From the NCBI GenBank assembly GCA_951406725.2, contig OX597818.1:43772001-43836000 (forward strand): a stretch of DNA of 64,000 nucleotides. Direction: 5' to 3'. The notes below the pieces were generated by a model. That model searched no databases. It saw only the letters and a program-made list of their open reading frames with translations, and was not told where the DNA came from. This document shows, one piece after another, positions 1-63,879 of the stretch. This DNA comes from Octopus vulgaris. Its lineage: Eukaryota. Each line of letters opens with the position of its first letter. The stretch's first letter is position 1. The position numbers and the translations under genes are program-made.

Positions 1-261
1 TCATTGGTTGCTAGCATTAGTCATATATTGTTGTATATTGGAGTGGTGTATTGGCAGAGTTGTTAGAGTACTGGACAAAATGTCTTGCTGCTTAGTGTCA
101 TTTCTCCTGGCTTTTACTTTCAGGGTTCAGATTCTGCCAAAGTTGACTTTGCTTTTTAATTTTTCCAGGCCAATAAAATAAGAGCTCTGGGACTGATGTA
201 ATCAACTAAACCCCTCCCCTCTTGAAGTGAATCAAAATTTGAAAATTATTTAGTTATGTCA

Positions 262-655
262 CAGGAGTGGCTGTGTGGTAAGTAGCTTGCTTACCAACCA
301 CATGGTCCCGGGTTCAGTCCCACTGCTTGGCACCTTGGGTAAGTGTCTTCTACTATAGCCTCGGGCCAACCAAAGCCTTGTGAGTGGATTTGGTAGACGG
401 AAATTGAAAGAAGCCCATCATATATATGTGTGTGTATATATATATATGTGTGTGTGTGTGTCTGTGTTTGTCCCTCCAACATTGCTCGACAACCAATGCT
501 GGTGTGTATATGTCGCCGTAACTTAGCGATTCGGCAAATGAGACTGATAGAATAAGTACTAGGCTTACAAAGAATAAGTCCTGGGGTCGATTTGCTTGAC
601 TAAAGGCGGTGCTCCTGCATGGCCGCAGTCAAATGACTGAAACAAGTAAAAGAGT
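262..655 (+). mobile_element. tRNA-derived SINE family A with internal (TA)n(TG)n; other copies at about 9660-10049(-), 11688-12088(+), 18062-18488(+), 25795-26152(-), 27355-27653(-), 30066-30407(-), 32205-32759(-), 34305-34674(+), 43700-44077(-), 51535-51938(-) and 54340-54792(-)
   Basis: A box TGGCTGTGTGG, B box GGTTCAGTCCC, shared body and aaaagag tail across more than 12 copies. Confidence 0.9.
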
Positions 656-827
656 ATGGTTTTTTTTTTATGTTCTGAGTTCAAACCTTGCCATGCTCGA
701 TTTTGCCCTTTGTCCTTTTAGGGTCAACAAAGTAAAGTACCAGTCAAGTACTTGGGTCATTATTAATGACTATAGCCTTCCTCTAAATTTGATTCTGTGT
801 CTGTGATACAAATTATATATTAGTATA

Positions 828-1045
828 TAGTAATCCTTCATCATATTGCAGTTCACCTATCATGGTTTATTATTTAAGCTTACGTCGATCCTTCCATGGT
901 GTTGTTTTGCATTTATAATGAAGTAAATATATACAAATTATAAAAATAATAAAAAAAAAAATACAGTACTGTTTCTACTTCGCGGATTTTCACCTATTGC
1001 GGGAGGTTTTGGAATATAACACCCACAATAGTCAAGGAATTACTG
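828..1045. mobile_element. Tc1/mariner-pogo type MITE (decayed)
   Basis: TA|tagtaatcctt ... aaggaattactg|TA terminal inverted repeats. Confidence 0.6.
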
Positions 1046-2620
1046 TATACCATCTTATAGAATTAACAATCCCGTGTATATAACCCTAATCTACAGAGTT
1101 AATCCACCAAATTTGATTCAACCTAATCACTTTCCATCTCTCTTTCAAGTTTTGCTTTTAAAAAAAATAGAACATCGTCAAACTTTTTATTGTCTCTCCT
1201 AGTCCAGTGCTCTATCACAAAACAAACTTGTTTTCTAAAGCCCTGTTTATTCTTTGGGATGCTAAATCCCCATTGTTTTTGGAGTTGGCAAAATAAGGGG
1301 CATTAATGTATCTAAATTGATCAGGGTCTGAATTACTCTGTGGCTGTATCAAGGAGTAAAAGGAAACACAAATACCTCCAGCTGTGGCTCACCTATTAAT
1401 ACTTAAAGTTTTACCCATTAAGGCAGATTGGAGAGGTGATAACTTTGCTCTTGTTTCTCTTTATGTATGAAAAGTCTGATTTCCTTATCTTTTTAGCTTT
1501 TCTCCTTATATTTACTTCATGGATCCTCCTGTTTAGACTTGTTGAGTGACAAGTGCTGTACAAATTGTGTTTCTGTCTATGGGTGGTAACAAGATTAAAA
1601 TATTGATATTAAAAATAGCAGTCTATAGTTGTTAATGGACTGGTTTTTTTGTTTGTTTTGTTTTGAGTGAAACATTTGTTAATCATTTAAGGTAATAATT
1701 GGTACTTTTATCATCATTTCTAATATCATACAATTTGGAAAGATCTGTGGAAATCTTAAACTGTTAAGTGTTGGATTTCAGATAGGACACATTGTCTGGT
1801 TTTATTTTTTATTGTTTATGCTAGTCAGTATGAATTTCTTGCAAAAATTTCAGTATTAAACATTCTGATTTCAGTGAAAGAATGTTTTTTCTTTTTTTTG
1901 TAAGAGCTAGATTTTAAGAATATTATCAAAGTAAAATTTGATTGGTTTGGGGTAATGTTTAGCTAATTTTTCTTACTCATGAAACCCTTAAGATTTATTT
2001 TTGCATTTTTAGTTATGAGATATATTGCAAGTTCTATCTAGTAATTGTAATAAATTTGCATATTGCCAAAGTTATTGAACTAATAGGTCATGGTTCTTTA
2101 CATATGACTATATTTTTATAACTCCTCAACTTTAATGATCTCATTGAGAAGAAGTTAGATTTAATTGTTTTGTTGGTGTGAATTGTTATTTACACAAGGA
2201 TTAAATCAGTCTGAAGGTTAGTAACTATTAAAAACTTTATATTGACTTTTTACAGTAATTGTTATTGACTAATTGCTACTTAATCCTCTTTGTTACAAGC
2301 ATTATTGATCTGAACTTTAAACACTACCTTCGTTTTTAAGTTCTTTCTTGCACAGTTTTGCATTCTCTTTAACCATTTCAAGTGTTTATAATGTGGCTTT
2401 ATGTTGTGGCCTCAAATTCTGCTGGGGTTCACTTTGCCTTTTATCCTTTGGATGTTGATAAAATAAGTCCTCATCAAATACTGAATTGGTTCTATTAACC
2501 ATACACCACCACCACCACCACCATCATCATCACCATTCCCTGTCTCGAGTCCTGGGACACAGGGTTAGTTATCTGGTTTTCATGACATATAAATGGCTGA
2601 GATCATAACACATCCCTTAA

Positions 2621-2840
2621 CCCTTTCGTTACTGTATTTATTTTGAGATACTCTGTTTCTTTCAAACATTTTAAAATATAACAAAGAATTTAGTAAAATA
2701 ACTTAGTTATCATTAAGCTAGTGTTAGGAACATAAATTGTGGCTAAGGTTTGGTGAAAGATTTTAATTCAAAACTTATGAAAACAAGACATTTGTACTAC
2801 ATAGCCAGAGCCGGTTTTGGCCGGGTTGGTAATGAAAGGG
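2621..2840. mobile_element. piggyBac-type MITE (family 1) inserted in a SINE
   Basis: TTAA|CCCTTTCGTTAC ... GTAATGAAAGGG|TTAA; same family at 48169-48389, 48415-48635 and about 51066-51282. Confidence 0.85.
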
Positions 2841-5135
2841 TTAAATAGGATGCCAGGGTTACTCATTTACAGCTGAATGAACTTGAGCAAAGTGTGTTTT
2901 GGTCAAGAACTCAAAGCATTACCATTTTCAGGAATTGAACACATGATTTTGTGACCGTGAATGCAACACTCTAACTAGTCCATGTGCCTTTACCAACTAG
3001 ATACTCTCCTTACAAATTTGTAGCCATCTGGAAAAGTTGAAAAATATCAGAGGATAGCAAATGACAAAATTCCTTATATAATCTTTTTAAAGATTATCTA
3101 TAGTGACAAATGTGGGTGTATATTCTACCAAGCAGGAATAAGTAAATATTACAAAAATTTAAATTTTTTTCCTCCTCTTCTGACTAATTATAACATTTAA
3201 AATTTGTCAGAACTAGATTTGTTGAGTGTTTTAAGTGTTACAGATAGTTTACTTGTGATGCAATCTCTGCTGACACAAGGCATTTTATGGTAGCTTGGCT
3301 CTTCTTAGAATGTCAGGCAAATATAAATTAGTGAATTTTTAAAATGAATTATCTTGTTTGTGTTCAAGTAACTCCCGCATGAATTTTTGTGAAAGTAAAT
3401 TGAAATGTGTTTTTTCATTCCTCACAAATAATTTTATTACGAGAAATTTCTATTATTCAAAAGAGTAGCATCTTTAATTAATCCTTAGTAAACAAGGTTT
3501 AGAAAATATATAGAAAAACTGTTAACTTTACTTTAAGTTTGTTATTCATTCTTTGTGTATATATGCATATATAGGAAAATATATATATATATATATATAG
3601 GAAAATGAAGATCCTGTAAAAACATGCATTTTTCTGTCATTTGTAGACTGCACTTTGGGCACATTGCAGAAATCTGCTTTTAATGCATAACTGAAATCTG
3701 CAATATGTTTTCAATTGTCTAACTGCATATCTGGTCCATGCAGTATGTTGTACAATTTAGTAACATACCCTATAAACTGTGTAAGTCATTCATTCCCCTT
3801 CTTCTTCCAGCTGAGGACTTTTTACCACTACTGCTTTTTTTCTGTCTGTAATATTTTTTTAAGGCATTGTTGTATCTTATTTCAATGTTAGTTTATTGCA
3901 TGCAACAAATGCCTAGTGTATATGACTAAGGACATGTGTATAGTCTGCTGCATTGTAAAATGGCAATGTGATGTTTCTTTACTGTCCTCACTAGAGTTTT
4001 TGCTAGTTGGGATATTTTTTTAGCACTTATTGCTGAATAGCTTTAATTTTTTACAAAATATATTGTATTGTTTTAATTTAATTATTATCATGTGCTGAGT
4101 GCAACATTGTTTTTCTTATTTTGCTCTTTCTTAGGAAGTTTTTGCAATTTAGTAGTATTCAGTCAGCTTTTAAGCTGAGCTTCCATTGCTTTGCTGGGTA
4201 AAAATAGAATTATCATATCTAACTACTTAAAACAGTACCTATATAATATTTAGCAAAGAATAACTGAATTTAGGTACTGTGCATCATATCTTAATCGCCT
4301 TGTTTTTTTTTCTTCCCATTTTTAGTTACTTGTGTTTTTTCTATGAAGATTCATTGTTGATTTATCAAATTTTTTACATCCTTTTTCTATGAGATCTTAT
4401 AATTTTGGCAGCCAAATACTTCATGCAAAGTCAAAATTTTGTTATCTAAGATGTGTTTGTGTGTGTATATACACATAATTTTGAATTTCTAAATTGTTTT
4501 GATTCTTTAATTTTCAGATGAGTGTTTTAAAAATATCTCACTGCATAATTTCTTAGATTGGGAATCAAGGCGGTTATTGATTTTTTTTTCTGGTTTGGAA
4601 AATAAATATTAGTTATTTCTTTTTATATAGTTTTGGCTTCCAATCATTCATAACCCTAACCCTAATTTATCCAAAAGTCTGAGCAAATATCTGAGTAAAT
4701 AAGCAGTTTTGCTTAAACTATCGTCTCATTGAAAAATAGAAGTAAAGAATTGGAAAAATAATTGTATGCATCATTATATACATTATAACAATTAGTTGTC
4801 ATTGCTTGCAAGGTTTTTAAGTCAGCTGGCTTGCTTTTATATCAATTTTCTCTGTCTTAATTTCCAAGTAAATCCAATTCAGCTACCAATTCCATATCTT
4901 CATCATAACTATTACTCATTTCATCACTGCTTCTCCTAATATACTTTCTCTTCTAACATTCTGTATCATTTATAACTTAAAGATTCAGATATTGTCTTTG
5001 AAGTATTTACATTTTATATTTCTATTTAATTTTGTTTTTTCCCCTCCTTGTTTTTACTGCTCCAGTTTCATTTTTATGTGGTATTACTGCAGCTGTATTC
5101 TCTTCTCCAAATTTCAAGCTGCATACTTCCTTTAA

Positions 5136-5551
5136 CCCTTTGGTGTTTAAGCCGGCCATATCCGGCCCAAATATCCTACATGTTTTTAAATTCAAACTGG
5201 CCATATTTAGCCTCTCACACCTAACCTACATTGACATTCTAAGAATAAACTATCATACCATTGAAACTTCAAAGCTATAACATAATGCATGATTAATTCA
5301 AAACGATTTGAGTGAAAAAAGTATTACATTTAACAAAGTAATCTGAACACTAAAGGGTTAACCCTTTTGATATCAACCCACCTGAAACTTGCTGCTTAGA
5401 ATTACCTTAATTAAAACCTTCCATCAAAATTCCATGTTAATTCATGTTCCAAACAGCTTGTTAGTGATGAAGTTGACTAAATTTTCCATTATTTTTAGAA
5501 TTAATTGGAATAGGGGCAGTGTGTTTTAACAGAAATATGGTGACAAAAGGG
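5136..5551. mobile_element. Two adjacent piggyBac-type MITEs (5136-5357 and 5362-5551) sharing one TTAA
   Basis: TTAA|CCCTTT...AAAGGG|TTAA|CCCTTTT...AAAAGGG|TTAA. Confidence 0.82.
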
Positions 5552-6899
5552 TTAAACCTTTCTCAACATCAGAGCAATAGTATAATAGTTAAGCTAAGGA
5601 GAGGTTATCTTTCAAGCTTGTACTAACTTTATCTTTGATTTCTACATTACACCTCATCGTGTTTGCTGACTATTAGTTTGAGTACTATAGAATTATCTAC
5701 TATTTTTCTGCAAATTAAGCAGTTATTTTAATGTTTTAGTTGTATTATGGAGTTTATGATCATTTTTTTTCTTTGATACACATGCTATTTTGTAGATTCT
5801 TTTTAATATAAAACTTAAATTTGTAGTATAGTTATTGTGTATTAGTTCTGGGTAAGGCGTATAGATTTGTTTTTAGACTAACTAACCTCATAGCTAAGTT
5901 GGCAAGCAACAGTATGAATGAACATGTATACATTTCATTCTAGTCATAGAGACTATTCTAAAAGATTTCAGAACTGGATAATGATGGAGGATGTCTTTAT
6001 ATTACGTAGATAGGATTGATGAGTCTCTTTAAAATAACTGCAGCTATTCTGAACTTGTAGATTTGAATGAAATTGAATGCAGTAATGGATAAGATACTAG
6101 CTACTAACAGTTTAGAGCTACAAAACTCTATCTTCATTAGTCAAGTCACTTTGACTGGAATGCAGGAAAGGAACAAGCTGAAATTTAAGTAATCTTTACA
6201 AAATGTGGAAGGATTCAGAGAATCAGACTTTTAGGTGCATTATGCATTGGAGTAGCCATCGATTGATGGCTATATAGCTCTTACGTAACTCATTTGAAGT
6301 ATTAATAAGACAATTTGTAGGTGAACGAAAGCTGCCAAGGACAGTATAATGACTAGAGTTTTTGAGAATAGTTGAAATTCAGGGAATTGATTATTTTATT
6401 GGCAATATAGCCTTTTTTTTCTGGTTTAAAGTAGACTGTGTGTGCAATATAGGATGTTTTATACTGTATAGCCAGAAACCGCATAAATTCAAGTAGTCTG
6501 CTATGAGTGGAGAGGAACAAGTTGAATATCATCCGTTAGATGTGCAGCATTGACTAAGCATGACAAGCAGACAGGGAACTGCTAATATATAATGCAAATG
6601 GAAGATGTACCACATGAAAAAATGTTTTGATTTGATGCTGTTGAAAGGTACTTGTGGTATAAGTAGACTAAAGTATACCCTACCATGCCTAAAAATCACA
6701 TTTCAAAAATAGATCTAAACTATGGATGCATAACCTGTTCCAACAGTATCAAACCTTCAACTTAATTACTTATTCATAAATAAAAATAGGAGAGGAATGA
6801 TTTACTAAAGTATGAAGAGTTAGTTTTGACCATTATATACTATCAACTACAATATAATTAAGCAGAAAATCTCAAAATTTTTTCTGGATGGAAGAATTT

Positions 6900-8440
6900 C
6901 CTCTGCATGTCAACAATGCATTATTGCTTTCAAATGCAAGTTTAAGATATTGCAAGGAGAAACTGAAACCAATTCTTCAAATGCAACAGATAACAATTTT
7001 GTTGCCTCTCATCAGCAATGCTTTTCCATCAGATATCAAATGCTACGAGAATCTGAAGCAGTTGCTGAAAAACACAAACAATTGAAGTGTGCCACCTGTT
7101 TAAAGCCAACCAAACTTTAAAAAAGAAACTTGGCACAGTTTTACACTTATAAAAATGCACAACAGAAATATAGTGGAAGCAAAATTAGATTTGATTGTGC
7201 ATACAGCAGCAGCAAACAAGCAATCTACCTTGGCATGATAAACTGCCAATAAAAGTGGCAGGAAAAGTACATGTTAATTGAAACTAAAATCCATATGTCT
7301 GCAAGAAACCAATTAAAGGAACATTTCAGAAACTTCTTTGCTAATCTCCCAGCAAGTGGACCTGCAAGAACTGCTATTAAGCATGAATCTGATTTTTCAT
7401 TATATGAGCTCACTGAGGAAGATAGCTGTTTGATAATATTTCATAAGAATTCTGGAAGACAAACCTCAGTGATATCCTCTTTCAATTTTCTAGCATGGAT
7501 ACAGTCAAAATGTAATTGGTAAGTGGTCTGAAGATTGTATTATTCCTGAATTACTTTTCAAGAAAGGTAATTCAGGCTTGACTAAAAATTACAAAGGGTT
7601 TCCTCTCACAGTGACAAATGAGAATCTACAACAGATTGTTTGTTGCTAAACCATATATAGCCAGAAATGTGAAAGTCTTATGCAGAAATGAAAACAGGTT
7701 CAGAAAAAAAAAATCAGTTTACTGTTAGATCTTTACGGTTAGGAGAATCATTGTGGTAGACAAGGTTAAAAAGCTACAAGCTGTCTTACTTGTTTGTAGA
7801 CCTCTCAAAATCTTTTGAATGTCCTGTAATGCAAAATGGAACAGATTTTTCTTACATGTGGTATACCACAAGATGCAATAGTGCAGTAGCTGTAATGATG
7901 TTCTCCAAGAACATAAGCTAAAGTACAATTACTTGAAGGAAAGTTCTTTGATATCAATGCAGGCATCTTGCAAAGTGATATGCTTGCACCTTTCCTATTT
8001 ATTATCTACCTGGACTATATTCTTTGCACTTTAATGGACAAAATTAAAGAACTATGCTTCACTCAAACAAAATCTACAATGCCTTGTCACCCAGCCACAT
8101 CAATAACTGATGTTGTTTATGTTGTTGATATTGCTCTCTTTGCAGATTCTGTCTCAGAAGCTACCACTCTTCTATGAGACATGAAAAAAGTGGCAGAAGT
8201 TATTGGCCTTTATATCAAGGCTCCCAAAACTCTACTGTAATTGGAAGGGTGCAATAAGTACAAGCAAACAAAACCCTATAGAATTTGTCAAGTCCATATT
8301 GTACTTAAGAACCAACATTGTACCTGCAGAAAAGGATATTAAGTCAACTTGCAAAAGCATGGGCTGTTGATGGCTTCAAGGTTTTTTGGAAGTCATTGCT
8401 ACTGGATGATCTTAAGAGGTGCTTATTTTGTACCACTAGA
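6900..8440 (+). mobile_element. Heavily decayed LINE (RTE-X-like) reverse transcriptase remnant
   Basis: Q(S)DMLAPFLFIIYLDYIL and DVVYVVDIALF resemble QGD..APFLF and YADD motifs; many stops; boundaries approximate. Confidence 0.7.
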
Positions 8441-8447
8441 ATCAGTG

Positions 8448-9629
8448 TGGTCATGTGATGCATACAGATGAGGACAGCTGTGTGAAGAAGTGTTGCACTC
8501 TAACGGTGGAAGAGGTAGACCCAGGAAGACATGGGATAAGGTGGTGATGCATGATCTTCAAATGTTGGGCCTCACAGAGGCAATGACAAGCAACCAAGAC
8601 CTTTGGTGATTTGCTGTGCTTGAGAAGACCCATCAAGCCAAGTGAAATCATAGTCGTGGCTGATACCAGTGTCGCATAACCGTCCTGTTAAAAGCACCCT
8701 TCACACATTGGGCAATGTGCTGTGCTTGTGAACAGCTGTCAAGCCAAGAGAAATTGTAGTCATGGATGATGCCGGTGCCATCTGATTGGCACCCATGCTG
8801 GTGGCATGTAAAAAAGTGACCGGTGACCAAGTCCTTTTGCAATATACTGTGTGTTGTGTAGACCTGTCAAACCAAATGAGACTGTAGTTGTGGCCAATGC
8901 TGGTGTCAGGGCAATGGCATGCATGCCGGTTGGACATATAAAGCATCCACTACACTCTTGGAGTGGTTGGCATTAGGAAAGGCATCCAGATGTAGAAACC
9001 TTACCAAATCAGATTACTGCAGCTTACCAGTTTCCAATCAAATCATTCAACCCATGCCAGTATCAGCCCACTTATGAGTACCCCTCATTCATTGGCCAAT
9101 GAACTTTGCTTGTGAAGACCTATTGAGGCAAGTGAAAGCAAAGCAAAATCACTGATGTGGCTGATGATAGTACCGCCTTATTGGCACGTGCCAGTGGAAC
9201 ATTAAAAGCACAGCCGAGCGTGATTGTTGCCAGGGCCACGGTTTGGCTCCCGTGCCAGTGGCACATGAAAAGCACCATTCGAGTGTGATTGTTGCCAGAG
9301 TCACCCTACCGGCACATGTGCTGGTTGTATATGGAAAGCATTGGAGCGTGGTTGTTGCCAGTGTCGCTGGACTGGCTCACATGCAGGTAGCACATAAAAA
9401 AACACCTTTTGAATGTGGTCATTGCCAGAACCATCTGACTGACCCTTGTGCCAGTGTCACGTAAAACACTCACTACACTCTCAGCGTGGTTGGCATTAGA
9501 AAGGGCATCCAGGTGTAGAAACTTTGCCAGATCAGATTGAGCCTGGTGCAGCCTCTGGCTTACCAGTCCTCAGTCAAACCGACCAACCCATGCCAACATG
9601 GAAAGCGAACGTTAAACGATGATGATGAT
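8448..9629 (+). mobile_element. RTE-clade LINE 3' end with tandem-repeat 3'UTR and (GAT)n tail
   Basis: GHVMHTDEDSCVKKC..RGRPRKTW C-terminus, repeated gccggtggcacgtaaaaagcacc-type units, tail gttaaacgatgatgatg. Confidence 0.8.
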
Positions 9630-9820
9630 ATATATATATTTTCCTGTTACAGTCACCTTTAGTTGAACAAAACGACCCCAGGTTTTATTCTTTGTTAGCC
9701 TAAAGGCTTATTCTATCAGATGCTTTTGCTGAACTGCTAAGTTATGGGAATGTAAACGTACCAACATTGGTTATCAAGTGATGGGGGTGGGGGAGGGCAA
9801 ACACACACACGCACACACAT

Positions 9821-9889
<69 letters not shown>

Positions 9890-10050
9890 TGGGCTTCTTT
9901 CAGTTTCTGTCTACCAGATCTACTCACAAGGCTTTAGTCAGCCCAAGACTATAGTAGAAGACACTTACCCAATGTGCCATGCAGTGCGACTGAACCTGGA
10001 ACCATGTGGTTGGGAAGCAAGCTTCTTACCACACAGCCACTCCTGCGCCT

Positions 10051-10084
<34 letters not shown>

Positions 10085-12667
10085 AAAACATTTAATACAT
10101 TCCAATTGGAAAGATATATTTGAAAATTTAAAATATGTTGATTTTTGTAATGATGTCACATCATAACGTTTCTCTATATTTTCTCTTTCTCTTAAGATGT
10201 CTTTAAAGTTTTTGATTTCTTGAATCTTTTTTTTTTCTTGATTTTGCACATCACTTCCATTTATTTTGGGTTTTCCATCCGGTAAAATGATTTTATAAGC
10301 AACTGAAAATATAATTACACACATACTTCCCGGGTTTTTGTATGTAATCTAAATATTTTTTCATTCCTTTGAATTCCTTCAGAGGAAGTATGTTGTTGAA
10401 TGCTAGTGTCTTATCTACTAACTGGGAAACAAGAAAAGGAGAGGAGTGGATACATGGAATAGTTGCTGAATCAGTTTGGTAGTAACTGATAAATGTAAAG
10501 ATCTTATTTTTGGGTGGAGACAAGATAATATTGTATTTCACATATTTTATATTTCTGCTGCTACTTTTTAATGTGAAGTGTGCCTCATATTCTTATTTCT
10601 TTAGGATCAAGGTTACATTTGAATTAAAAAATATTTTAAAAATGTTAATTATTTGAATATCAGAAATGCAATTTAGAATCTTTGAAAAGAAAATATTAAC
10701 GATATAGTTAAAAATTTTTTAATGATATAGTTAATTAAAAATAATTTTAATGATATAGTTGGTGTAAGTACATATATTTAGTTTCCATTATGATCAATCT
10801 CATGTAAAGCAAGTTCATTAAGTAAATGTGGTTGTGGTTTATTTGCTATGTGCAAACAATGATAATATTTATTTCTTTTTGCAGAGTAAACAATTATCTC
10901 CACATCATCATAATAATAATAAATGCCCTGATGCAGTACCAGGCAGTGGCTCTCGTGGCTTCTTATCTTAACTGATTGGAAGTGTTATCATGTACATTGT
11001 TTTGTTTTGGTATAAAAGATGGACTACAGCAAATATTCTGCTCAATACCACAGATTTGCTTGTCAGTTGTTTGACCGTAACCAGTTGAGCATGTCCCTTA
11101 GTGGCTGACAATATGTGCATCTCTGATCACGAGCAGAAGTAGTGGGGGAGCATCGTAGCCATGTGATGAGAGGGATTCTTTGGGGTTTGAATAATTCACC
11201 TTTGGAAACATGGGTGTTTTGTTCAACATCCTTAAACAACACTTATTCAGGGACCTTTTGAGTGGGATGGGCTACTCGACCAGAAGAAAATTCTAACTGG
11301 GCCCCACCTGCAAAGTCATGTGCTGTTTGTTTTGATATGAGATACCCATGTTGCACACACATGGTTGTGATGCATGTGACTGGTGTACCCTTATCAGACG
11401 GGTAATCATGATGGGTATACTGGGCTTCGTATATTTTACCCCAGTGTCACTTTGATGGCAGCACTGCTCTCTCACTCAATAATGATAACAATCCTTTCTA
11501 CTGGAAACACAAAGCCAGCAATTTTAGGTGACTGGGAAATTGATTACATTGACTTCTGTGCTCAGCTGGTATTTATTTCATTGACCCCAAAAGGATGAAA
11601 GACAAAGTGCAACATTTGAACTGCGAATATAAACAATTGAAATAAATGCCACTATGCATTTTGTTTGTAGTAACAATTAACAATATGCAAGTATGGCTGT
11701 GTGGTAAGAAGTTTCCTTCCGAAACCACATGGTCCCGGGTTCAGCCCTACTGCTTGACACCATGGGCAAGTGTCTTTTACTGTAACACCAGGCTGACCAG
11801 AGTAAAGCCTTGTGAGTGGATTAGGTAAACAGAAACTGAAAGAAGCCTGTTATGTGTGTGTGTGTGTGTGGGGGGTCTGTGTTTGTGTTGAATTTGTTTC
11901 CCACCACCACCACCACCACTTTGTTGATGTTCTTGTAACTTATCAATTTGACAAAAGAGACTGATAGAATAAGTACCAGACTTTAGAAAAACATATGCCT
12001 TGGTGTCTATTTGTTTGACTAAAACCCTTCAGGGTGGTGCCCCAGCATGGCAACAGTCCAATGACTTGAACAAGTAGAAGATAAAAAGCAATAGTTATTT
12101 AAATTCTAACAAACCTATGATCAGTGATGTAAAAGTTGGGGGACAATTCTGGCCATTTTTCTTTGGGGTTTTTGTTTACAGGAAGTTTGAATCCATGATT
12201 ATATTATTCAATATTCCTTTAAAAGATGGTAAGGTGTGATCTGAGGAAGAGCTGGATGCTATTTCTAGCAGGTTGAGTAACTTACGTAGAGGTCCCCTTG
12301 TTGGCTTGTAATACAATAGTTTATAATAACAGGCAACTCAACTATACAAGAGCCCTAGCAAACTGACTTGTTAGGGATTGTAAATATCTTGAGAAACCCA
12401 CCTCCCATGTGCTAATGGCATGTGTGCATGCACCCCCCCCCACATGCATCCCCCATATGCACTCCCTTTACGTGTCTACAAATGTATAGTGTAGATATTT
12501 GTGTGTCTAATGAGTGTAAGTCTAAGAATGGTTTAAATGAGTATGTATAAGTGCAGATGAAAATATTTCAAATGAAAAGCTGATAAAAAGATTAAGGTAC
12601 TGGATCAACAGAAAACATTAAATGTGATGTACAAGAAAACTAATGGCACATTTGTATATAAATGTAC

Positions 12668-12718
<51 letters not shown>

Positions 12719-14015
12719 CATACACACACACACACATATATATAAAATGGCTGGTTTACCTTTGTTTGTTTCAGTGGAATTTTTCAGTCCCAACCCCCAA
12801 TGATAATTATTGTTTCAGTAAAGTTTTAGAGATTATTTGTCTATAATTGTTTTTTGGGCTATTTGTAAATGTATTTATAGACTGACATGAGACTAATGCC
12901 TTTTCCAGATGCAATAGCACTTATGATTCTACTAACCTATGCCACAAAGATCATGTTCCTTGTTATTGAGAATTATTATTCCATGGTATCCAATGTTTTG
13001 TGAAGTTGCATTATTGCTTGTTTACCTGCTTTGTTAGATTAAAGAAGGTTTGATGTAAAAATATATTTCTCCTAATGTATTCTCTTTTTCTCTGTAGTTT
13101 TTGAGATAAAGTTTTCTCCAAATTATCATAAATATTGAATTGTATTTCTCAACTGTTATACAATCATTTTTTTTTTCTAAGTTTGAGGAAAGATTTTGAG
13201 ATTATTTTCTGGGTAAACTCTTACTTGAATTTCTTCCTAAGTGATTGGTTCGTGTGAGGTTTCTGCTTGAGTTTTTACAGCAGGAGCTGACATTATTATT
13301 CTGTTTCCTGAACAAAATATTGCACACTCAAATTGTTTTCTAAATGTGTGAATTTTGGTATCTGTTACCATCAAGGGCTGATATGTTTGTTGAAGAACCT
13401 TTATCAGTTTTGGTCACTTGTAGATCATTTGCAAATTGATCATAGAAGAGATTGCAGTTCAGTATGTCATTTATTTAGGTTGGGAAAATCTGTTAAGCTT
13501 CATTATTTTCACAACACTCTCCAAGTAGCACTTTTTGTTTTGACAATGAAGAAGTTATAGATCTCGTATAACATTTCCTTTTTTTTTTCTCCAATCTTTA
13601 GCTTGTAGAACTTTGAATAAGTTGTTAGTTTACCTGCTGTCATTGTTTCTTCAGTAAGTGTGCCAGATAATTGAGAATACAGGTTGTCACATTTCTTAAA
13701 CTCATGTTAGTGGAGTGTGCGTAGATTTGTGTCTTTGGTGCAATACATGTCAATCAATATCATTATTTAGTTTTGTTTTCCGTGTTAGAAATCACATGTT
13801 ATTCTGAGAGAAGAGAGACTCACTCAAACCATTGTTTCTCTGTTCTAAGCATCTTTTGTAAAACATTTGTTTTAGAATTGTAAATTATCTTAAAAGTTTA
13901 TTTTCATATTGCATAATCAAATTTAAATGAAATAACATAATTTTAGTTGAAAACTGTGATAATTGAAATTTATTTTTGTTTTTGGAATTTTTCTTTTAGC
14001 TGTTAGAAAACAATT

Positions 14016-63781
<49,766 letters not shown>

Positions 63782-63879
63782 GTAAGTTGCATTTGTATAC
63801 AACTAGAAGTACCAGTTCAACTATTGAATTCAGTTATAGATATATTTTTTATATTTGTATACTTTAAAGTTTTATATAC

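Noticed and set aside
4651-4665. (TAACCC)n telomere-like repeat
   Set aside because: Only about 2.5 units; expected by chance.
8640-9480. Regularly spaced repeats that look CRISPR-like
   Set aside because: Eukaryotic context, degenerate repeats, mutually similar spacers, position in a LINE 3'UTR, and no cas genes.
10049-10541. Two overlapping minus-strand ORFs (91 and 82 aa)
   Set aside because: No recognisable motif or splice support; AT-rich chance ORFs or an unrecognisable decayed element.
12880-13800. Possible very old minus-strand retroelement remnant (similar case at about 17520-17950)
   Set aside because: Only faint motif resemblance; cannot be supported without a profile search.
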